From an uncultured virus (IMG/VR IMGVR_UViG_3300042891_001399) (lineage: Duplodnaviria; Heunggongvirae; Uroviricota; Caudoviricetes): a stretch of DNA of 64,000 nt. The notes under the pieces are model-generated. The model searched no databases, had not been told where the DNA came from, and saw only the letters and a list, made by a program, of their open reading frames with translations. Where the stretch lies: IMG/VR virus record IMGVR_UViG_3300042891_001399. One strand, written 5' to 3'. Positions 60,579 to 64,000 of this stretch are shown one piece after another. Position 1 is the first letter of the stretch. Every line of letters starts with the position of its first letter. The position numbers and the translations under genes were made by a program.

Positions 60579-60823
60579 GAGTTGTTTGTATTAAAAAGTT
60601 AAATGCGGAGGGTAGTAATGTTAGTAATCTAACAGAGGGTAAACTGTATAATATTTCCATTTTACCGACACCAGTACCAGAGGGTGATGAAATGGATGAA
60701 AACCCAAAAATAAAAAGATGTATAGTTTGGAGTGATGATGTAAATAGCGAATATATTTATCCGCTTGAAGCTTTTATAAGTTTAGAAGACTGGAGAAATC
60801 AAAGACTTGATAATTTATTATAA
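60575..60823 (+). CDS. hypothetical protein (C-terminal RNQRLDNLL)
   Basis: VVCI..NLTEGKLY. Confidence 0.6.
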   Translation: MRVVCIKKLNAEGSNVSNLTEGKLYNISILPTPVPEGDEMDENPKIKRCIVWSDDVNSEYIYPLEAFISLEDWRNQRLDNLL

Positions 60824-60875
60824 TAAAAGATTGATTTATGTGATTTAATATATACATAAAATTGATAATTATAAT

Positions 60876-62237
60876 ATGCCAACAGTTAATCCAAATACTT
60901 TAACAACAACAAGAATACCAAATGCGTATGTAACCGAGGGGAATCCTTCTAACCCAGGTGGTACTGAAAATGTTTTGAGACCAGTAGATTTCTCAAACAA
61001 TTATTGTAAAATTGTTATGGGTCCTAAAAAAGGATTTCAATACGACGGGCTTCAGTACAATTGGAGAGCTGGTTTAACCCCAATTGATAATGGATATTAT
61101 AATGATGGTATTAGTCCAGGACACGATCCATCTGCTTTTCCAGCAGCGCCTTCAAGATATTATGATTCCAATAATCCAAATGGTGTATTTGAATGGTGGG
61201 ATAATTATGTTATTTATTGCAATAGTGGTGATAGTGAAGGCCCTAACGGCATTGACGGCTTAGAAGTATTTGTGGTTGATGATTCAACAGCTCTAATAGA
61301 TTTAACTAATAAATTACTTAATATATCTACAACTGATGAAGTTGGTGCTTTATCAGCTATTGCTAATAGTGATCTTTCTACAGAATTTTTATGTACTAAT
61401 ACACACTATCCTAATATACCTTTACATGATTATGTTGGTATTAATGGTGCAACATATTCATTAAGATTATTACTTGATTTTGGATTTATACCTTCTTATC
61501 CAAAAGGCGGAACCTACTCATATGATATATCCAATAAAGATCATCATACTATGATACTTACATCAACATCTAATATTATTTATGAGGCTGGAACAACCAG
61601 TGGTTTGAATTGCTTAGGTGGTTGTTTGAAATTTGATAATTCAACATCTCTTGATTATGGTTACATACCATATGTGTCTGATTTATATCCTCTAAGCACA
61701 ACTGTTAATACTTGGATTAAAGTTCAATCTACTTCTTTAAACAGATGTATAATTGATACAACAAATGGATGGCCTGGATCCGGTCTAGGTACTGGTTATC
61801 AGTTATGGATTAATGGTACTCAAGTAACATTAATCGTATTAACATCAACTAATATTTATACTTGGAGTTCCAATATGGGGGTGATATTAGCGGATACTTG
61901 GTATAATATTACTTTTACTATATCACCTAAGTTGGGAAATATTAATACCCATGTTGAGATTATAATAAGTGACTATAAACAATTTTATATTGATGGTAAT
62001 AGCCGTCAAGAACCTGGTTCCCAAGGCGGAAATACTAACGATTTTGTTATAGGTGTTAGAAAAACTACACCAGCAACTAATCCTTTTGACTCATATATTA
62101 GTTTAGTTTCAGTCTATGAAGGTGCTTTAAATACTAACGATATTGAAAAACTTTGGGCGGCTTACGCACAGTGTACTCCTAAGCCATTTTTAAGTCCAGG
62201 TGCTGGTAGATATGATACTTATTACGAGATCGTGTAA
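60876..62237 (+). CDS. LamG/concanavalin-like domain virion protein
   Basis: LDFGFIPSYP, TVNTWIK, WYNITFT, FYIDG, VYEGAL; TAATATATA upstream. Confidence 0.7.
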   Translation: MPTVNPNTLTTTRIPNAYVTEGNPSNPGGTENVLRPVDFSNNYCKIVMGPKKGFQYDGLQYNWRAGLTPIDNGYYNDGISPGHDPSAFPAAPSRYYDSNNPNGVFEWWDNYVIYCNSGDSEGPNGIDGLEVFVVDDSTALIDLTNKLLNISTTDEVGALSAIANSDLSTEFLCTNTHYPNIPLHDYVGINGATYSLRLLLDFGFIPSYPKGGTYSYDISNKDHHTMILTSTSNIIYEAGTTSGLNCLGGCLKFDNSTSLDYGYIPYVSDLYPLSTTVNTWIKVQSTSLNRCIIDTTNGWPGSGLGTGYQLWINGTQVTLIVLTSTNIYTWSSNMGVILADTWYNITFTISPKLGNINTHVEIIISDYKQFYIDGNSRQEPGSQGGNTNDFVIGVRKTTPATNPFDSYISLVSVYEGALNTNDIEKLWAAYAQCTPKPFLSPGAGRYDTYYEIV

Positions 62238-62357
62238 AAGTAAAAGCACTTAAAGTGTTGAAAATTTACGCAGAAAAAAAAGCGATTGCACCCCGAGAAA
62301 AAATTTGTTTTTATTAAATAACTTTTGTATTTTTGTATAAAATATAAAAACTTACAA

Positions 62358-62882
62358 ATGAAAATATTGATTCTTGGAAATGCTCGTCATGGTAAAGACA
62401 CTTTAGCTGAATTGTTTAATGAACACTTTGGTTTAACCTTTATGTCTTCTTCTCAAGCTTCTGCTGACTTTTTCTTATACGACCAACTAAAAGATAAGTA
62501 TGGTTATACTTCACCAGAAGAATGTTTCAATGATAGAGTAAATCATCGTGATGAATGGTATTTAGCCATTTGTGATTATAATAAAAACAACCGTGCTCGT
62601 TTAGCTCAAGATATTCTTAGTCGCACTGATTGTTATGTTGGTATGCGAGATAAAGCAGAGTTTGACGAATGTGTTAAACAAAAGCTATTTGATTTAATAA
62701 TTTGGGTGGATGCTTCTAAAAGATTACCATTAGAACCTGGTACATCATTTAATATTAATATGTCAGATGCTGATATTATTGTAGAAAACAATGGAACATT
62801 TGAAGAATTTGTAGAAAAATCTAAACGTATCGGTAAGATATTATTTGGTAATAACTCAGATGTTGTTTGGGCTGGAGTTTAA
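62358..62882 (+). CDS. deoxynucleoside monophosphate kinase-like P-loop protein
   Basis: GNARHGKDT, GMR..EF, DIIVENNG. Confidence 0.75.
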   Translation: MKILILGNARHGKDTLAELFNEHFGLTFMSSSQASADFFLYDQLKDKYGYTSPEECFNDRVNHRDEWYLAICDYNKNNRARLAQDILSRTDCYVGMRDKAEFDECVKQKLFDLIIWVDASKRLPLEPGTSFNINMSDADIIVENNGTFEEFVEKSKRIGKILFGNNSDVVWAGV

Positions 62883-64000
62883 GCGTAGAAAAATAAAATT
62901 TGTATTTTACCATTTAATGTTCCAGTAAAAGCGGCTTGAGTATTTGGTGTTGAGTTTGGTATTAAAAAATCAGCAGAAGAAGGTCCGCCTGTTACTGCTA
63001 TGTAAATCCAAGAATTTCCGGTGTGATTGCCACCATTAGCAGGCTCATAAGGTGCTTGTCCTAAATAAATAATATAGTTAAAATTATCACTATAAGAACC
63101 ACCCGCTGAACTATTGTTATATGGTCCAAAAAAGTTTTTTTGAAAAGCATATACATCCATACTGGATTTTACACCAAGTATATTTTGATTACCAGCACCA
63201 ACCGGTAAACCATAATTCAAATCTGGGTATGTTTGGTAAATACCACTTGGATCAAAATAACCAGTCCAATCTTCACAGAATCCATGATTCATAGCTACAA
63301 AATCTTCATTTTCTGTACCTGTAAGAAGCTTAGCATAATTAGCAGTTCTATAAAACGAGTTAGTACCGTAACCACCATCATCAATACAACTAATTGATAT
63401 TAAACTCTGAGTTCCTAAACCTGGACCAGACCCAACCCAAATTCGTCCAAAATCTACAGCAACTGCTCTTTTAAGAGAGAATGTTAAGCCGGAAACACGA
63501 TTTTCCTTGTAATAAATACCGTAGTTTAAATAAACAGGAGTAGGAAAAGTACTTGAATTAAAACTTCCAGAAGGATTAATGTAGATAAACCAACCTTTAA
63601 TTACTGGTGGATTCCGAGCTTGTTGATCATCTCCAATAAAAAAATAATCAGTTCCAAGCAACCAGTTATAGTCAATATCAAAAACATTAAGATCAGTAAC
63701 AACTTCAACTTCAACTGGTGCAGAATTTAGATTACTCATATATGTGGAAAATTCTCCAGATGAACCATTTTGAGCAATTAAAATCACGTCATTAAAATCA
63801 GAATAATTAGCAGCATCTCCTTTAATAAAAGAGAGATTTCCACTAGTTACGTCAAGTTGCCATACATCACCTGAAGTAGAACCACCGGCTACAATTAATA
63901 AGTAATCACGCCCACTTGTGTATGATTGTGGTGCTCCCCATTTTGATAAGTAGAAAATATCATGTTTACCACTATATGGAAATTCCAGGTATGGATTAGT
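62879..64000 (-). CDS. hypothetical (probably structural) protein, 5'-truncated by window edge
   Basis: Frame stays open from 63787 to 64000. Confidence 0.65.
   Translation of the reverse strand, partial: TNPYLEFPYSGKHDIFYLSKWGAPQSYTSGRDYLLIVAGGSTSGDVWQLDVTSGNLSFIKGDAANYSDFNDVILIAQNGSSGEFSTYMSNLNSAPVEVEVVTDLNVFDIDYNWLLGTDYFFIGDDQQARNPPVIKGWFIYINPSGSFNSSTFPTPVYLNYGIYYKENRVSGLTFSLKRAVAVDFGRIWVGSGPGLGTQSLISISCIDDGGYGTNSFYRTANYAKLLTGTENEDFVAMNHGFCEDWTGYFDPSGIYQTYPDLNYGLPVGAGNQNILGVKSSMDVYAFQKNFFGPYNNSSAGGSYSDNFNYIIYLGQAPYEPANGGNHTGNSWIYIAVTGGPSSADFLIPNSTPNTQAAFTGTLNGKIQILFFYA

Overview
Strongly AT-rich, gene-dense segment of what is most likely a jumbo/huge phage infecting Bacteroidota. Support: recurrent TTTG-N~20-TAnnTTTG promoters, a T9SS-type C-terminal domain protein, homing endonucleases, phage-type nucleotidases, auxiliary metabolic genes (purA, rpiB, mgsA, iscA) and collagen-like virion proteins. 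The standard genetic code fits, with TAG as a rare but real stop. The most striking element is at 11.6-13.5 kb. A leader peptide, a PTH2-like peptidyl-tRNA hydrolase gene missed by the ORF track and an HD-domain gene all begin ATG-(1-2 codons)-TAG-ATT-A. The leader ends ...GRPP-stop inside a long terminator-like hairpin, which suggests an amber-readthrough-sensing, translation-rescue operon. A stable-RNA operon at 22.0-23.6 kb has tandem promoters, boxA-like sites, two tRNA-Glu-like genes with 8-nt anticodon loops (one with an 86-nt D-loop insert), tRNA-Met and an ~870-nt GOLLD-like RNA. Also present: a pseudoknotted ncRNA candidate, degenerate tRNA-like elements, a cohesin/dockerin/CsgG-like surface module, and two recurrent protein motifs (N-terminal MKYLKxF..E linked to a TAATATATA promoter; C-terminal RxxK[IL]xx[IL]). 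All family calls are by-eye motif recognition; no database searches were run.
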